Origin: Myxococcota bacterium
GTDB taxonomy: Bacteria; Myxococcota_A; SURF-8
Length of the DNA: 64,000 nucleotides
Direction of reading: 5' to 3'
NCBI GenBank assembly: GCA_963674735.2
Contig: CAXXQS010000002.1
Span: 1,312,001 to 1,376,000, forward strand
Of this stretch, positions 37,297 to 48,134 are shown one piece after another. The number at the start of each line of letters is the position of its first letter. The stretch's first letter is position 1. The notes under the pieces were generated by a model. It searched no databases. It had not been told where the DNA came from and was given only the letters and a program-made list of their open reading frames with translations. The translations under genes were made by a program, and so were the position numbers.

Positions 37297-40200
37297 ATGA
37301 AACGGTATGTATGGTTAACGCTGACCCTTCTGGCGGTCTTGGGGATATTGGCGTCCTGCGGCGGCAGTTCGTCCGATTCCGTCGACGGCGACGAATCGGT
37401 GGGGGGCTTTGGTGAACCTTGCTACCCCAATGGGGCCTGCAACGACGATCTTACCTGCATCGGTGATGTCTGCAAGTATCCGGTCGACAATGACGGCGAT
37501 TTGGATGACGAACCGATATCGGAGCCCGAGGCCGAGACCGAGTGCAACGATAACGACGAATGTCCGCCGGGGTATATCTGCGATGGTGGCCGCTGCATCA
37601 CCGATCCCGATGGCGATGAGGAAGAAGAGCTGGAAGCGGTCGAGGCGGAGGTCGAGGCGGAAGTCGAAATCGATCCGCAGGGACCGCGTCTCGATGTCAG
37701 TCCCATGCCGGTCGATTTCGGATCGGTGGCGGTGGACGCCAGTTCCGTACGCTCGCTGTCGTTCCGCAATATCGGTTTGGAGCGTCTGGATGTCATGGGC
37801 CTGGAAGTCTTGCCCAGCGATACCCCCCACGGCGTGTTTGAATTCACCGCTGCGGTCGATACGCCGTTCCATCTCCAGCCGGGGGAGACGGTCAGCGCCG
37901 GTATGCGTTACACGCGCAGCGAGGCGGGCGACGACAGCGCCCTGCTGACCATCCTGTCGAACGATGCTTTTGCCCAGACTCAGACCGTTCGTCTGGTGTC
38001 GAACGATCGTGGACCGGTGGCGTTGACCATCGATCCGGGCATGCTGGAATTCGGTTTGGTTCCGGTCGGCCAGATGTCCGATCCGCTGGTGCTCACGGTG
38101 ACGAACGCGGCGGAAGGTGACGACGCGGGGACGCTGGTGATCGGAGGCGTGGAAATCGAGGGTGGCGGCGGCGTTTTCTTGGCGGGCAGCGGCATGCCGG
38201 TATTTCCGGTCGAACTGGCCGCGGGTGAAAGTGCTTATCTGCCGGTGGTCGCCTTGCCGACGGAGGTGGAGGAAGTCGCGGGCACCCTGAAGATTCTGCA
38301 CAACGATCCGGCGCAGGATTATCCGCTGGAGGTGGCGTTACATACGGTGGGTACGGCTCCCGATCTGCTGCTGTCGCCGACATCGGCAGAGTTCGGACCG
38401 GTGGCCGTCAGTGAAACGAACGTGTTGACGTTGACCTTGCGCAATGTGGGCGGGATGCCGGTCTCGATTCAATCCGCCGAATTGACCCCGACGTCGTCGG
38501 TGGCTTTCAGCGTGGAACTGGACCCCGACGGCGATGGAACGGACAATTTGCCGACCACCTTGGAACTGGGCGGTTCCACCACGATCGATCTGGTTTTCAG
38601 CCCCGAAAGCATCGGTTTGCATGAGGGCATTCTCTATGTCGTCGCCGATAGTTTGTCGGGCGAGCCTTATACGCTGGCGCTTTCGGGCACCGGCATGCCG
38701 CCGGAGCTGAACATCACCCCGGCCGAATTGGATTTCGGTTGCGTGGCGGTGGGCCAATCCGAAGAACGTTCGCTGAGTATCGTCTATCAGGGCGCGGGCA
38801 GCGTGGTGATTTCCGATGCCTACATCGCGCAGTCTTACGTGTTCAGTATCGCAACCGCTCCGGAGTTTCCCGTTACCCTCAACCAGGGTGATACCCTCGA
38901 TATCGTTGCGGCCTATGAGCCCTATGAAGAACTCGCCACCCAGGAAGCTCAGTTGACCATTGCGATCGGGGAGGGAGACGAGGCGATCACCTATCAGGTG
39001 CCGCTGGTGGGTTGCGGGATTGTCGCCCGCATTCAACTGGATTTCGATGAGGACAATGCTTTTCTGGATGTGCAGAAGCTTCCCAAACCGGCCGGTGACA
39101 TGACCGACGAGGAAAAAGCCCTATGGGTGGCGCGCGAACCGGCGATGCTCACCAACAACGGTAGCGCGCCGTTGACAGTCAGTTCCATTCTGCCCGATGC
39201 TGCATCGGCAGACACCTGGTCGACGACCGCCGAGCCGCCGTTTGTCATCCAACCGGGAGAAAGCAGCAGCTTCGAGGTGCTGTGGTCGCCCACCGACCCA
39301 GGGTCGGATTTGGGTCGCATCTGGATTTGTTCGGATGCGGTGGATGCCTTGGAAGATCCGAGCCAATGCGCGGAAGACGGCCATGCCCCCATTAGTATCG
39401 CGTTGATTCGGACGCCCATCGACCCGCGTTTGGACGTGACGCCCAACAGCTACGATTTCGAGCAGCTCGGACCCGGCGAAACCGCCGATCAGATCTTCTA
39501 CATCCGCAATCTGCGCATTTCGCCCATGTTGGTCGAATCGATCGATATCGTCGGTTCGGAAGACTTCAGCATCACCGACATCACCCCGGTCGCCGGTGAA
39601 GACGGCTGGCCGCTGACCGGTTTGTCGGGGGAGAATATTGTCGTCACGGTGCGCTTTGCCCCGCAGAGCGGTGACACCCAGGCTGCAGCGTTGGTGGTGC
39701 GTCACGACGATAAAGACGCCGACCGTACGGGTGGGTCGTCGGGGGCGGACTATCCCGAATTTTCCGTGCCGCTTTCGGGGAATGGGGGGGTGAATAATCC
39801 GCCCCTCGGTTTGATCAAGGCGCCGCCGGGAGAGCCGGAGGGCCAGGTCGGTCGTCGCACGATCACGGTGGCGATCGATGAGATTCTCACCCTCGACGGC
39901 GGGGACAGCTACGATCCCGACAGCGGCGACCATGTAACGGGTTACGCCTGGTCGGTGGATCAGAGCGAGGGCTTTGTATGGCTGGGTGCGCTCAATACCG
40001 CCGTGACGCTCTTGCGTTTCAACACAGCCGGACGCTACACCGTCCGGCTCGACGTGCGCGATACTTACGGCGCGCATAATGTACCCTCCATCGATTCGAA
40101 GCTGGAAGTGGCGGTGCAGGGCGATCCGGTCGCGGTCGCGGTGGAGAGCGGCAGCGGTTTATCGGATAACATCACCGCCCAGTTGCGCACGCCGCTTCTC

Positions 40201-40974
40201 CTCGACGGAACCAATTCTTACGACCCGGACGGCGAGATCGCCGTGTACCGTTGGTTTGTGCGCAGCGACGACCAGCGCGGGGAAGATGTCCTGTTTTCCA
40301 ACGATCCGCAGCCCAGCTATTCTTTCGAGGCGGCGGGCGATTATGTGATCAGTCTGGAAGTGGAGGACAACGATGGGCGCGTGTGTCTCGAACGCGACGA
40401 GATGCATGTGCGTGTGCAGGCCAACGACAGCATTCGCGTCGAAATGACGTGGACCGGCGGTGGCAACGTCGATCTGCACTGGGTGCGTCCGGGCGGCAGC
40501 ATGAACGGGCAGGGCGACTGTCACGAGGGAAATCCCACCCCCGATTGGTCGACGTCGCCCGGTTTCGGCCATCCGGAATTCGTGCAGGCGTCGGACAGCG
40601 GCGCTCAACCCGAGGTGTTCGAGCATCTCGATCCGGGTGATGGCGTTTACAAGCTGACGGCTGAATTTGTCAGTCACCTGGAAGAATGTCACAACGAGCA
40701 GATCTGCAACGACTACTACGGCAATTGCGATTTGTGCGGCTGTACCTGTCCGCCTTTCTGCTGGGCCTTGCGTATCTGTTGCGACGATTGCCGCATTTGC
40801 GAGAGTCATCCGGTTTGCACCCCGCGTCCGGCCGATCTGACGTTCCGTATCTACCTGAACGGATCGCCCGAACCGACACGCACCCTCACCGGCGACAGTT
40901 ACAGTATTCCGCAGGCTCCCAATGTGGTGGCCTATTCCCTCGAACGACGCAACGGCGCTTTCCTGTTGCCCTGA
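37297..40974 (+). CDS. Large surface lipoprotein: Cys modules, several ASH/choice-of-anchor-D Ig domains, two PKD domains, YfaP-like C-terminal domain
   Basis: GAGGAG RBS; lipobox LASC; repeated P..(V/L)DFG.V.V...NxG; LDG..SYDPDG..Y.W PKD motifs; IRVEMTW...DLHW. Confidence 0.85.
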   Translation: MKRYVWLTLTLLAVLGILASCGGSSSDSVDGDESVGGFGEPCYPNGACNDDLTCIGDVCKYPVDNDGDLDDEPISEPEAETECNDNDECPPGYICDGGRCITDPDGDEEEELEAVEAEVEAEVEIDPQGPRLDVSPMPVDFGSVAVDASSVRSLSFRNIGLERLDVMGLEVLPSDTPHGVFEFTAAVDTPFHLQPGETVSAGMRYTRSEAGDDSALLTILSNDAFAQTQTVRLVSNDRGPVALTIDPGMLEFGLVPVGQMSDPLVLTVTNAAEGDDAGTLVIGGVEIEGGGGVFLAGSGMPVFPVELAAGESAYLPVVALPTEVEEVAGTLKILHNDPAQDYPLEVALHTVGTAPDLLLSPTSAEFGPVAVSETNVLTLTLRNVGGMPVSIQSAELTPTSSVAFSVELDPDGDGTDNLPTTLELGGSTTIDLVFSPESIGLHEGILYVVADSLSGEPYTLALSGTGMPPELNITPAELDFGCVAVGQSEERSLSIVYQGAGSVVISDAYIAQSYVFSIATAPEFPVTLNQGDTLDIVAAYEPYEELATQEAQLTIAIGEGDEAITYQVPLVGCGIVARIQLDFDEDNAFLDVQKLPKPAGDMTDEEKALWVAREPAMLTNNGSAPLTVSSILPDAASADTWSTTAEPPFVIQPGESSSFEVLWSPTDPGSDLGRIWICSDAVDALEDPSQCAEDGHAPISIALIRTPIDPRLDVTPNSYDFEQLGPGETADQIFYIRNLRISPMLVESIDIVGSEDFSITDITPVAGEDGWPLTGLSGENIVVTVRFAPQSGDTQAAALVVRHDDKDADRTGGSSGADYPEFSVPLSGNGGVNNPPLGLIKAPPGEPEGQVGRRTITVAIDEILTLDGGDSYDPDSGDHVTGYAWSVDQSEGFVWLGALNTAVTLLRFNTAGRYTVRLDVRDTYGAHNVPSIDSKLEVAVQGDPVAVAVESGSGLSDNITAQLRTPLLLDGTNSYDPDGEIAVYRWFVRSDDQRGEDVLFSNDPQPSYSFEAAGDYVISLEVEDNDGRVCLERDEMHVRVQANDSIRVEMTWTGGGNVDLHWVRPGGSMNGQGDCHEGNPTPDWSTSPGFGHPEFVQASDSGAQPEVFEHLDPGDGVYKLTAEFVSHLEECHNEQICNDYYGNCDLCGCTCPPFCWALRICCDDCRICESHPVCTPRPADLTFRIYLNGSPEPTRTLTGDSYSIPQAPNVVAYSLERRNGAFLLP

Positions 40975-41002
40975 GGCGGGTCGAAACGAACACGGTCTTT
41001 AC

Positions 41003-41030
41003 GCCCCCGGCCTTGCGGTCGGGGGCTTTT
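41003..41030 (+). terminator. Rho-independent terminator
   Basis: GCCCCCGGCC-TTGC-GGTCGGGGGC-TTTT. Confidence 0.75.
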
Positions 41031-41175
41031 CGTTACTGGGGGTCCGCTTACAGTGCTGCGTTCGTGTTTCACATGAGAAAAACGTAAAGAATTGACAACC
41101 GGTGGCGAGGCCGCTACCTTTTTAGAAAGCGAGCTTCCCGCCACGGAAGACCCGGAACAATCAAAGGGGAATCCC

Positions 41176-42081
41176 ATGAAACAGACGACCTGCGTCGGAT
41201 TGTTGGCTGGCTGGCTGTTTGTCTGCCTGGCGCTCTCGGCCTGTGGCCACGATGAGGTTGCGTTTTCTGCCGGAGACGGCGATGCGGACGGCGACGCCAC
41301 GGAGGATGATGCGATTTTCGACGGTGACGCGCAACCCGATGGCGATCAATCCTCCGCTGGGGATGAACCGGATGGTGATCGTATAGAGGAAACGAACGAT
41401 TCCCCGGATGGCGATATGGAAGCGAAGGGCGAAGTGTGGATCGATCCCGATGGAGACGGAATCGACGGCGAAGCGCCCCTGCCCTGCCATGGTGATTGTA
41501 TCTATGGGGATGATAGACCCTTTTGTTCCACCGATACCGATCTGTGTTGGTGCGATGAAACCGACCAAACCTACGGCATTGTCGATTGCGAGCAGATCTG
41601 CCGAACCGAATACCAGTCTTACGGCGGCGTTTGCGACTATGACGACAGCGTCCGGCACGACCGTTGCCTTTGTCCGTCAAGCGATTTTCAATGTGGGAGC
41701 GATGCCGAATGCGAAGCCAGAGGGAGTAATTACTGCGTGGGCACGACCGACGATCAAGGCAGCTTTTTCACCTTTTGTATGGATGCCTGCGATATCGTTT
41801 CCTGCGATCCCGGAAGCGATAGAATTCCTTGTGTCGACTACGGCCCTCCGGGCCAGCCTCTCGGTGCTTGCTATGATAGCGAAAGTCCCGGATGCGACAC
41901 TCCGAACGAGTTTTGCGGCGGTGATGAAAACCATATTTGTCTGGCCTTCCAGGGTGGTAATCCGCTCTGTATGGAACGGTGCGAGCCGATTCCGAATTCT
42001 TGCGGGGGCGATATTCTATGTATTCCACTGAGCAATACGCAAACCGGTGTCCTGGCTGGGGGCGGTTGCTGGGTGTGGTGA
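41176..42081 (+). CDS. Cys-rich acidic lipoprotein with DGD linker
   Basis: Lipobox LSAC; repeated xDGD motifs; Cys-rich C-terminal two thirds. Confidence 0.8.
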   Translation: MKQTTCVGLLAGWLFVCLALSACGHDEVAFSAGDGDADGDATEDDAIFDGDAQPDGDQSSAGDEPDGDRIEETNDSPDGDMEAKGEVWIDPDGDGIDGEAPLPCHGDCIYGDDRPFCSTDTDLCWCDETDQTYGIVDCEQICRTEYQSYGGVCDYDDSVRHDRCLCPSSDFQCGSDAECEARGSNYCVGTTDDQGSFFTFCMDACDIVSCDPGSDRIPCVDYGPPGQPLGACYDSESPGCDTPNEFCGGDENHICLAFQGGNPLCMERCEPIPNSCGGDILCIPLSNTQTGVLAGGGCWVW

Positions 42082-42151
42082 TCGAGTCTTGGGTGTTTGG
42101 TCGGGAATCCGGTGAAAAGCTCCGGCTTTCGCCATTGGCTAACGACTCGTC

Positions 42152-42517
42152 TTACGGCTTGCTGGTGCCTTTGCGGCCGTAATCATCTTCCAAACGCACG
42201 ACGTCGTCCAATTCGGGGGTCGAGGCTTCGAGCAGATCGCAATCGCTGACGGCGATCATGCGATGTTTACGTAAAGGTTCGACGCGAAAGACATCGCCCG
42301 GACGCATGCGGATCACGCGGCGCGGGTCGCCTTCGGCTTCGGTTTCGAAATCCAACTCACCGTTCAGACAATAAATGGTTTCATCCTTGTGCTCGTGATA
42401 CTGCCAGGAAAGCTTGTGTCCGGCTGTCACGTGCAGAATCTTCCCCACGTAGCGGTTGGTATGGGCCCAGATGATTTCGTGGCCCCAGGGCTTATCTACG
42501 CGACGGACGGTCGTCAT
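42152..42517 (-). CDS. Cupin domain protein (mannose-6-P isomerase-like)
   Basis: VDKPWGHE, LSWQYHEHKDET, STPELDDVVRLEDDYGR; AAGGAGG RBS. Confidence 0.88.
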   Translation of the reverse strand: MTTVRRVDKPWGHEIIWAHTNRYVGKILHVTAGHKLSWQYHEHKDETIYCLNGELDFETEAEGDPRRVIRMRPGDVFRVEPLRKHRMIAVSDCDLLEASTPELDDVVRLEDDYGRKGTSKP

Positions 42518-42572
42518 GGCGTTCCTCCTTGGTTTCGCGAATCCGGCGAATGGGATGCTTTACCCGATCAGC

Positions 42573-43268
42573 CTATTCCAGGGCGAGGATGGTTTGCAGA
42601 GATGTTTTCGCCTCGAAGATGGATTGATACGCCAACGCCTGTTCCTTGGTTTCGAATTTGCCGATTTTCACCCGGTACCAAGTCCCTTTTCCGGGAATAT
42701 CCGCCGTTGTGACGAACGGCTTGCGCCTGTCGAAGCTCTTGAAATTCTTCACATATTCCTCAGCCTTGGCGCGTGCGGGCAGCGAAGCGATTTGCAGCGT
42801 GTAAAACTGTCCGGCGGGGGCCGGAGTCTGGCCGTCGGTTGCCGAAGCTGCGGGCGGGGCCGGTTCGGCCTTGGGAGCGGGCTTGGGTTTCGGTTTGGGC
42901 GGATCGGGTTTCTTCTTAGGCTTGGGTTCGACGGGTGCAACCGCTTGTTTTTCTGTCTGTTTTTCTTTGTTTGGCAGGGCTTTTGGCGGAGTGGGAGCGG
43001 TTTTGTCGTCCTTCTCTTCGGCGACTTTGGGAGCCGCTTCTTCCTTGGTTTTATGCTCCTGGTAGGTCTTTTCCTGTTCGTCAAGTTTGGCCAACAGGTC
43101 GGGCGTATCTTCAACAGGTCCGGCGACTCCCGACAAGCGTCCTCCGACCATCACGCCGATGGCGAAAGCAATGGCCAGAAGCACCACTCCGCCGACGAAG
43201 GCGAGCAGGACCTGGCGGCTGTCGAGGCGAAACTCAACTTTGGTACGATGACGGTTCGGCTCTGGCAT
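42573..43268 (-). CDS. SPOR domain cell-division protein (FtsN/DedD-like)
   Basis: Short cytoplasmic part, TM, Pro/Lys linker, YTLQIASL...GTWYRVKIGKF SPOR motif. Confidence 0.88.
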   Translation of the reverse strand: MPEPNRHRTKVEFRLDSRQVLLAFVGGVVLLAIAFAIGVMVGGRLSGVAGPVEDTPDLLAKLDEQEKTYQEHKTKEEAAPKVAEEKDDKTAPTPPKALPNKEKQTEKQAVAPVEPKPKKKPDPPKPKPKPAPKAEPAPPAASATDGQTPAPAGQFYTLQIASLPARAKAEEYVKNFKSFDRRKPFVTTADIPGKGTWYRVKIGKFETKEQALAYQSIFEAKTSLQTILALE

Positions 43269-43445
43269 AACAACCCCTTTTGTTTGCTGGGCGATTGAAG
43301 AGGTTGTAGTCGAAATGTGGCGGAATGTCAACCGTTTGTATTGATTGATGTAATTAATTGTCTTGACTTGCCACCCATGTAAACGATAATTATAAGGCTT
43401 TACTGCGATTGTTCGACACGCATGCCCGAGTGCTTGGAGGTGCAA

Positions 43446-46187
43446 ATGACGACGTTTGGAAGTTGGAGCCGCTCCTTATCTGTGCGCGGATTCCTGACGC
43501 TGGTGTTATTGTTCGGTTTGATTGGTTCGGCGGCTGCTTTGGAGCCCACCGATAAATGGGAAGGATCGATCGATTACGCCGCAACCGGCGGAACTTTCCT
43601 CAACGACACCTGCCAGGCCTCGGCCTTTGGTTGTGTAACAGGTGTTTTCGATGGACAGGGCGATTCCGTTACAGCGAATTCGCAGGCCGATTTAGACGGT
43701 ATTCCCGATGACGCCAACGTGGTGAAGGCTTACCTGGTGTGGATGGGCTCCATTCAGCACGGGGTCGATTCTCCCGACGACACGATCAATATCCGGCCGC
43801 CGCAAGGCAACAGTTACACGATCGTGGCCGAGCCGGAACAGTTGAGTGAGATCGTTTACGACGATCTGGACGCCAACGATCAGATGGCCACCTATCATTA
43901 TTTTACCTACCGAGTTGAAGTAACCGAGATTTTGCGCCGCCATGTCGTGAGCAATCAGAAACCTCTCAACGGAACCTACCTGCTGTCCGGTTTTTCGGCC
44001 TATGCCGGTGAGCCCTATCTTTCTCGTACCGTCGCGCTGGGCGGCTGGTCGCTGTTCATCGTCTACTCGGTACCCCAGAGTCAGCCGAAACGTGTGTATT
44101 ATTACACCGATTTCCGTGCCATCCACGACGAAGTGGTGGAGTTGAACCCCGCCGGTTTCGAGGTGCCCGAGAACCCCGAAGCCAAGGTGACGTTTTTCCT
44201 GGGTGAAGGCGATCAGGGGATTCGCGGCATGGGATTGACCGGGACGCACAACGAGGAGTTGCGTTTTAATGGGACCGTTCTGGTGGATGCCTGCAACGAT
44301 GCCGACAACGCCTATAACAGCACGGTCAACACCAATATTTACCCCAATGAAGAACCTTGTCGGATCAACCAGTACTCCATCGATCTCGATACCTTCTTCG
44401 TTTCCAACCTGCTTGGATTGGGTGATACGGAAGCACAGGTGCTTATGTCGCTTGGGCAGGATCAGGCGTTCTCCAACTACCTGATTCTTTCCATCGATAC
44501 CAAACTACCCGATTTCGATATCCCCAATGAGCCCGAAAAAGCGTCTTCGGTAACCGGCGCCCTCTATCCGGGCCAGGAATTCACCTATTACATCTACGTC
44601 CAGAATAACGGCGAAGACATTGCCGCCAATGTCAGGGTGCGCGACGAACTCCCGCTGGATGTGACGTATGTCGCCGGATCCACCGTTGTCGTCGAGCCGA
44701 GCGGCGAACGGGTAGCCGTGGCCGACGGTCCCAACGGCGAAGCGCCCTGCCTGTCGGGCATCGATGTCGCCGATACCATGCCGCCGGGTGAAGGCTTCCG
44801 CCGAACGATCGAATTCAAGGTCCGATTGAATTCGGTGGAGCAGGGTGTCACCAAGGAAACCATCGTCGAGAACATGGCCGAGATCATCTCCGGCAACGGC
44901 GATATCTACTTTACAAACGGCGGTATTCCCGTTCGTCACAACGTGCAGCTCGAATCTTTCGAAGGAACGTTGTATTTCAAAAAGGGACCGCGCCATCCGG
45001 GCAGTCACTTCGTGGCCGGTGGCGAACAACGGGTGACCGTGGCTCACCTGAACCTGAAGGCGCTCGAAGGCGACATCCAGATGTCTTCCCTCATGTTCAC
45101 CCCCATGGCGGACACCGATGCGCTGGTGATCAGCGGAGCGGAGCTTTACCTCGACAACAACAACGACGGCCTGCTGGATTCGGGCGATGATATGATCGAT
45201 TCGCGCCAGAGTTGGACTTCCGGCGGCCTGGTATTCGACGACTTCAGCCGTTTGCCCGAAGTGGAGGCCAACGAGCAACACAATCTGCTTTTGGTCGTCG
45301 ACATCGCCGATGACGTGCAGCCCGGTCAGATCGCCCAACTCGAACTCATCGAGGATAACGTGGGCGTGCGTGGCTTCACAAGCGGTCTGCCTTTTGCCTG
45401 TGCCACGCTCTATGTTCCAAGTGAAGACACCGATCTCAGTATGGAACTCGGTTTCATGAATCCTTCCGACGGCTATCTCAGCCAAGGGGCGGTGGCTCCG
45501 GTGATGCAGTTGCTGGTGCGAGCCTATTCCGATGGAGTTTCGTTGAGCGGTTTGACTATTTCAGCCGAAGGAACCGTACACGATTCCACCGAAGTGACGG
45601 CCATGGATCTCATTACCGATATCAACGGCAACGGCCTCAAAGACCCCGGCGAACCCGCTCTGGGCGGATCCCAGACCTTCGGGGCCGATAATGCGGCGGT
45701 GACCTTCAGCGGCTTGAATTTATCGGTACCCAACGGAGGCGAAGCCTATCTGCTTCTGGTAGGACAGTTCTCCGAAACCATCGGCGAAGAAAAGAAATTC
45801 CGCGTGTTGATCAACAATAACGATCAACTCGAAGCGGGAGGAAAAGTCGTTTTAGGCGCACCGATCAGCGGCAGCCTGTTCACCTTTACGTCCGGACAAG
45901 TGGTGGAATGCACCACCGACGCCGAATGCGCGCAAGAACTGGGCGCTAGCTGGGTGTGCGACCAGATCAACGGTCTGTGCGTGGAAACATCGGTCCCCGA
46001 CGGCGATAACCCTGCCGATGGCGACGATCCCGCCGATGGTGACGCTTGGACGCCGGATGGCGATACCGGCGACGACGAAGACGATGGCGGCGGTTGCCGG
46101 ACGGCCGGTTCTTCCGGTGCTATGGCACTGATGCTGCTGTTCGCCGTTTTGAGCGTTACCTGGATTCGGAGGCGGCGGGAGAACTGA
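43446..46187 (+). CDS. Surface protein with DUF3344-like and DUF11-like domains, DGD linker and MYXO-CTERM-like sorting signal
   Basis: Signal peptide; KAYLVWMG; PGQEFTYYIYVQNNG...VRDELP..VTYVAGS; DxNxNG loops; GGGCRTAG-TM-RRRREN tail. Confidence 0.82.
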   Translation: MTTFGSWSRSLSVRGFLTLVLLFGLIGSAAALEPTDKWEGSIDYAATGGTFLNDTCQASAFGCVTGVFDGQGDSVTANSQADLDGIPDDANVVKAYLVWMGSIQHGVDSPDDTINIRPPQGNSYTIVAEPEQLSEIVYDDLDANDQMATYHYFTYRVEVTEILRRHVVSNQKPLNGTYLLSGFSAYAGEPYLSRTVALGGWSLFIVYSVPQSQPKRVYYYTDFRAIHDEVVELNPAGFEVPENPEAKVTFFLGEGDQGIRGMGLTGTHNEELRFNGTVLVDACNDADNAYNSTVNTNIYPNEEPCRINQYSIDLDTFFVSNLLGLGDTEAQVLMSLGQDQAFSNYLILSIDTKLPDFDIPNEPEKASSVTGALYPGQEFTYYIYVQNNGEDIAANVRVRDELPLDVTYVAGSTVVVEPSGERVAVADGPNGEAPCLSGIDVADTMPPGEGFRRTIEFKVRLNSVEQGVTKETIVENMAEIISGNGDIYFTNGGIPVRHNVQLESFEGTLYFKKGPRHPGSHFVAGGEQRVTVAHLNLKALEGDIQMSSLMFTPMADTDALVISGAELYLDNNNDGLLDSGDDMIDSRQSWTSGGLVFDDFSRLPEVEANEQHNLLLVVDIADDVQPGQIAQLELIEDNVGVRGFTSGLPFACATLYVPSEDTDLSMELGFMNPSDGYLSQGAVAPVMQLLVRAYSDGVSLSGLTISAEGTVHDSTEVTAMDLITDINGNGLKDPGEPALGGSQTFGADNAAVTFSGLNLSVPNGGEAYLLLVGQFSETIGEEKKFRVLINNNDQLEAGGKVVLGAPISGSLFTFTSGQVVECTTDAECAQELGASWVCDQINGLCVETSVPDGDNPADGDDPADGDAWTPDGDTGDDEDDGGGCRTAGSSGAMALMLLFAVLSVTWIRRRREN

Positions 46188-46216
46188 TTTCCCGGCGTCC
46201 GGAAGTCTGATATTCC

Positions 46217-46244
46217 AACCGGGAGGGTTTTCCTCCCGGTTTTT
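46217..46244 (+). terminator. Rho-independent terminator
   Basis: AACCGGGAGG-GTTTT-CCTCCCGGTT-TTT. Confidence 0.75.
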
Positions 46245-46271
46245 CACATCCGACCATGATCGAGGGGCCCG

Positions 46272-47735
46272 ATGCGGGCGAAGCATTTCGACGTTATCGT
46301 TTTCGGTGAAAACCTGGCTGGTTTGATTGCCGCCACGCTTCTGTCGCTGCGCAAATACAATGTTCTGATTATCCGCAAGGTGGCCGGACCGGGGCGGGAT
46401 GCCTATATCGGTCAGGCGTTGCGTCGTAATCGCCAACTGGTGCCCGGAGTCTTCGAGTCGCCGGTCCCGGCGGCCGTAATACGTGAATTGAACCTGGGCC
46501 ACAAAATCCGGTCGGTGTTGAAGCCCGCTTCTCCCATGTTTCAGATATTGAGCCCGCAACATCGATTGTCGGCTTTCGACGATCGAGTCAAGCTGGTGAT
46601 GGAGCTGTCGCGCGAATTTGGAGCGGCTGCGGCTCCGGCGGAAGTGGAGAGCCTGTTCGGGCGGCTGGATACGCTAAACGGCCTGCTCGACAAGTTTCTG
46701 GTTCCTGGATTACCTTTTCATCCCGATGGCTTGCGCGAGCGTTGGGAGTATTCCAATCGTGAAAAACAGCTCACCAAATCGCTTCAGGCGAGCGAAGGCC
46801 TGCTGGATGACATGAAGCGTCTGTTCCGTGAGACGAATCTGGGCCGCTTGATGAGCCAGGTGGAGCCCTTTGTGGGCGACACCCGGGGCGAGGTCCATCC
46901 TTTGTGGCGTTTTCGGCGGGCCGCTTTGCTGTTTAGCCAGATCCTTTATCCGGTCGGCGGTGAGGGCTTGGAAGAAATACTGCTGGCGCGGCTCGATAAA
47001 ACCAGCGCCAAGATACTGGAACAAACCGCCCTTCAGGAGGTGGAAGTCAACCGCTCCGGCTATCTTTTCCACGACGCCAAGAATACCTATGGGGCGGAAA
47101 GCGTCATCTGCGCTTTCGATGCGCCGCTCTTGCCGGAACTGTTCACGGGCAAAAAAATGGCCCGTTTCCTCGAAAACACGGCAGCGCAGATATCGACCGA
47201 CGCCGTTTGGATCAAAACGAGTTTCCTGCTCGAACGCTCCGTTGTTCCCGAAGGAATGGATTTCAACGTATTCGTGCTGACGGATGATGCCAGCGAGCCG
47301 GTTTTGTTTTTCAAGCGCGATCCGCTGATTCCGAGCGATGCGGAGGTGGAGCGGCTGGATGTCTATCAGGCGTTGCCGGTGGACCGTTTCAACGCGGCAG
47401 GGGCGAGTGAAGCACAGCAATGGGCGATCGATCGGACAAAAAGGTTCGTTCCCTTCTTGGAAGGACGGCTGCGCAAGGTTTATCTTGAGCAGTTGCGCGA
47501 CGATGATGAGGAAAGCCTGACTCTTCGCCTGGCCGGTCGCCGCTTGTCCTACCGCTTGAACGACCCGGATCGTTTATTCGGTGGTATGCCGTATACTCTG
47601 CCCCAAGCCAACACCTACCTGGCCGGTCCCGAAGTTTTGCCGGAGTTGGGTTTGGAAGGCGATTTCCACGTCGGTTGGGCGGTGGCTCGGGCAATCGGCT
47701 TGAAGAAGCCGAAAAAAGATGAACTCAAGCGATAG
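46272..47735 (+). CDS. Phytoene desaturase-like FAD/NAD(P)-binding protein
   Basis: Degenerate Rossmann FDVIVFGENLAGL; C-terminal NTYLAG...LGLEG. Confidence 0.7.
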   Translation: MRAKHFDVIVFGENLAGLIAATLLSLRKYNVLIIRKVAGPGRDAYIGQALRRNRQLVPGVFESPVPAAVIRELNLGHKIRSVLKPASPMFQILSPQHRLSAFDDRVKLVMELSREFGAAAAPAEVESLFGRLDTLNGLLDKFLVPGLPFHPDGLRERWEYSNREKQLTKSLQASEGLLDDMKRLFRETNLGRLMSQVEPFVGDTRGEVHPLWRFRRAALLFSQILYPVGGEGLEEILLARLDKTSAKILEQTALQEVEVNRSGYLFHDAKNTYGAESVICAFDAPLLPELFTGKKMARFLENTAAQISTDAVWIKTSFLLERSVVPEGMDFNVFVLTDDASEPVLFFKRDPLIPSDAEVERLDVYQALPVDRFNAAGASEAQQWAIDRTKRFVPFLEGRLRKVYLEQLRDDDEESLTLRLAGRRLSYRLNDPDRLFGGMPYTLPQANTYLAGPEVLPELGLEGDFHVGWAVARAIGLKKPKKDELKR

Positions 47736-47835
47736 ACATCGTTTGGAAACGGATTAATTTCATAAAATACTTGCCAAGTCGACACGGGTATGGTAGCTAT
47801 CTTCGTCCCGAGTCAACGGGGAACTGGAGGTTGTG

Positions 47836-48051
47836 ATGTCTCGGAAATGCGAAATTTGCGGAAAAGGCCCGATCACCGGCAACAACGTCAGCCACGCGCA
47901 CAATAAAACGCGTCGTCGTTTCAATGCCAACATCCAGAAGATTCGCACGGTGCTGCCCAACGGTTCCGTCAAGCGTATCAACGTGTGCACCCAGTGCATT
48001 CGTAGCGGCAAAGTGACCAAGCCCGTCACCTTGGCCCCGGCGATCCTCTAA
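47836..48051 (+). CDS. rpmB: 50S ribosomal protein L28 (Cys-containing form)
   Basis: [30 protein letters not shown]...VCTQCIRSG. Confidence 0.97.
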   Translation: MSRKCEICGKGPITGNNVSHAHNKTRRRFNANIQKIRTVLPNGSVKRINVCTQCIRSGKVTKPVTLAPAIL

Positions 48052-48075
48052 GACGTCGATCTCGGTTGAAAGTGC

Positions 48076-48104
48076 AACGCCCTCGGTGATCCGAGGGCGT
48101 TTTT
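48076..48104. terminator. Terminator between convergent rpmB and asd
   Basis: AACGCCCTCGG-TGAT-CCGAGGGCGTT-TTT. Confidence 0.8.
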
Positions 48105-48134
48105 ATATTGAGTAGAGTTTCGGAGCTTGACGGC

